From NCBI RefSeq assembly GCF_009914755.1, contig NC_060928.1: a stretch of DNA of 64,000 bases. The stretch is one strand, 5' to 3'. Shown here piece after piece: positions 63,101 to 64,000 of the stretch (position 1 is the stretch's first letter; each line of letters begins with the position of its first letter). Origin of the DNA: the human T2T-CHM13v2.0 reference genome, Homo sapiens. Under the pieces are notes generated by a model. The model did not search any database. It was not told where the DNA came from and worked only from the letters and a program-made list of their open reading frames with translations. Position numbers and translations under genes: made by a program.

Positions 63101-64000
63101 ATCACAACCTCTGGGATACAGCAAAGTGATACCAGGAGGAAAGTTCATAGCATTCATTAAATGTCCACATCAAAAAGATTGAAAGAGCACAAATAGACAG
63201 ACAATCTCAAGTCACACCTCAAGGAGCTAGAGAAACAGTAACAAACCAAACCCAAACCCAGCAGAAAAGAAATAACCAAGATCAGAGCAGAACTAAATGA
63301 AATTGAAACAAAAAAATACAAAAGATAAATTTTAAAAAGCTGTTTCTTTGAAAAATAATATTGATAGACCATTGACAAGATTAACCATGAAAAGAAGATG
63401 GACGATCCAAATAAGCTCAATTAGAAATGAAATGGGAAAAATTACAACCAATACCACAAAAATACAAAAGATCATTCAAGGCTACTATGAACAAGTTTTT
63501 GTGCATAAACTAGGAAACCTAGAGGAGATGGATAAATTCTTGGAAAGATACACCTGGCCTAGATTAAACCAGGAAGTAATAGAAACTCTGAAGAGACCAA
63601 TAACAGCCCTGGACCAGACGGATTCACAGCTGAATTCTATGAAACATTCAAAGAAGAATTGGTACCAATCCTATCGACACTATTCCAAATGATAGAGAAA
63701 GAGAGAATCTTCCTTAAGTCATTCTATGAAGCCAGTGTCACCCTAATACCAAACCAGGAAAGGACATAACAAAAAAAGAAAACTACAGACCAGTATCTCT
63801 GATGAACATAGATACAAAAATTCTCAAAAAAATACTAGTGACGTGAATCCAACAGTATATCCAAAAGATAATCCACCATGAAAAGTGGGTTTCATACCAG
63901 GGACGCAGGGAAGGTTTAACATATACAAGTCAATAAATGTGAGACCAGTCATAAACAGAATTAAAAACAAAAATCACATGATCATGTCAATAGATGCAGA
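60125..64000 (+). mobile_element. L1PB-like element (5'UTR, ORF1, ORF2 to the window edge), decayed
   Basis: 5' end ggataggaggcaggactaacttgca; ORF1 peptide (PRHIVIRLSKV...LQARRDWGP); ORF2 peptide (NVNGLNTPLK...LQETHLTHKD). Confidence 0.93.

Overview
Primate (human-like) genomic DNA from the alcohol dehydrogenase cluster. The only intact gene is the complete 9-exon class I gene ADH1A on the minus strand (CDS 57727->43430, 1128 nt, 375 aa, all introns GT-AG), with its proximal promoter. The rest is dense in L1, Alu, MaLR LTR, MIR/L2 and DNA-transposon fossils. Nearly all ORF-track entries are repeat-derived or antisense noise. Downstream of ADH1A are three relics that the ORF track does not show. 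(1) An isolated, splice-site-intact ADH exon 2 at 6737-6820 whose peptide resembles the non-primate class VI (rodent Adh6a-type) ADH rather than ADH1A. (2) A ~3.3 kb decayed paralogue of the ADH1A promoter, exon 1 and intron 1 at ~31780-35130, with ATG changed to ATA. (3) A duplicated AluJ-containing 3'-flank segment separated by a 3'-deleted L1, which suggests a whole ADH1 tandem unit was deleted. Repeat subfamily calls and similarities were made by eye, not computed.
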